Positions 62,832 through 64,000 of a DNA stretch of 64,000 nucleotides are shown piece by piece. The position numbers were made by a program, and so were the translations under genes. The notes under the pieces are model-generated. The model was not told the DNA's origin and searched no databases. It saw nothing but the letters and a program-made list of their open reading frames with translations. Every line of letters begins with the position of its first letter. Position 1 is the stretch's first letter. Origin of the DNA: Bugula neritina. Taxonomy: Eukaryota > Animalia > Bryozoa. The stretch spans positions 7,450,581 to 7,514,580 of the forward strand of contig OZ037767.1 in the NCBI GenBank assembly GCA_964035545.1, in the 5' to 3' direction.

Positions 62832-64000
62832 TTTCAATTTTTTTATTTTAATAATTTATAAGACCAGCTTAATTTTTTTCACTACTTGATTTTAGCAGTA
62901 TTCAATCACATTATTTTTTTAAAACTTTCAAATGTGTTCCAATAATATTTCAAGTATTTTGATAAAATTGAATTTGGATGATTTAAAATTTTCTCAAGCA
63001 TTTCAAAAATTTAATAAACCATCACTGCATAGCTAACATGCTGAAATAAGACATTGTTTATCAAAACTTGAAACTTGATCACGGAGTTTCATGCTGCAAT
63101 TTTTGCTAAAGGCGATCTCAGTTTCACCTAAACTATGATTACTATATAAATTACATCTACCCAGTTGCTTGTTTTAAACTGTAGTTAAAGTTTTATTGTA
63201 GCACAAGTTATATGAACATTATCAGTTTAAATAACATTTGGAAATTTTAAATCAAATATTAACAAAAATTCAAAACTCACTTTTTTAATTTAGTTAGTAT
63301 TGGCTGTGAATCAGCTAAAATTAGAGCAATATCTGAATTTATAGGTGCATGAGAGATAATTTTATGTTGACCAAAGTGATACCTGTCCAATTATATTTTT
63401 AATTTGCTTTTGATTAACAAAATTCAGCTTTAGTTTTGTAAATAGAAACTTTTGTAAATTTTCGGTGTTTGGCTATATAAGTTCTCATTCTATAAAGCTC
63501 ATTGAGTTTTGAATCAGCTCTGCAAAATTAATCTTTATTTCTATATCAAGTCCAGTTTTAATTGTACTTAGATTTATGTTTTATCTATTGATCTCTTTGT
63601 AGTTTATGTACTACCTGTGTAATCATGATAGTAAGTGTATAACATAGTCAATTGTACCAGAAGCTGTAAAGCTTAGCAATAGCATATAGCTTTATTGTAG
63701 CCATAAAGTATTACAGCTATGAGCAGTCTAGATTGTGGATAAGCCAAATGTGTGCGCCCACTTATACTTTTACATTCTAGCTGGTGAGTAGCAACTTATA
63801 GCTAAGCAATACCTAAATTTTATGGTACCTAAAATAATAACTTGGAACTGTTACTTTTTATATTTTTTTGAGTGAATAAGACCAAAAAATTGTCATCATG
63901 AATAAAATCATGATGAATAAAACATATCAATCAGAAAACTAAGCATGGCTGTATTTATTGCATGTCAAAAATGTTTGGCATTCATTATTATTTTGTGAAA

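Overview
AT-rich, intron-rich animal (invertebrate-type) genomic DNA. I hand-spliced nine protein-coding genes using GT/GC-AG sites and reading-frame continuity. In order they are: the 5' half of FAH (-), a Sororin/CDCA5-like gene (+), CCT4 (-), EXD3/mut-7 (+), an MTA-family NuRD subunit (+), WDR36/UTP21 (+), a small secreted TSP1-repeat protein (-), and two tandem, highly divergent Bcl-2-family paralogs (-). Two head-to-head pairs (FAH/Sororin-like and CCT4/EXD3) share short CpG-richer promoter cores. The window holds many non-autonomous transposons, most with visible TSDs: a foldback/MULE-like element with a nested piggyBac-type element, a 2.4-kb coding-free LTR element, an ISL2EU-type foldback with a transposase remnant, a Kolobok-type MITE, and three hAT MITEs (two with nested MITEs). 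The most unusual signal is non-coding. The promoter-proximal region or first intron of all six conserved housekeeping or cell-cycle genes carries a 0.2-1.1 kb tract of non-identical hexamers with a phased, self-complementary T-N-A every 6 bp. Gene identities come from recognised protein motifs; no database searches were run.
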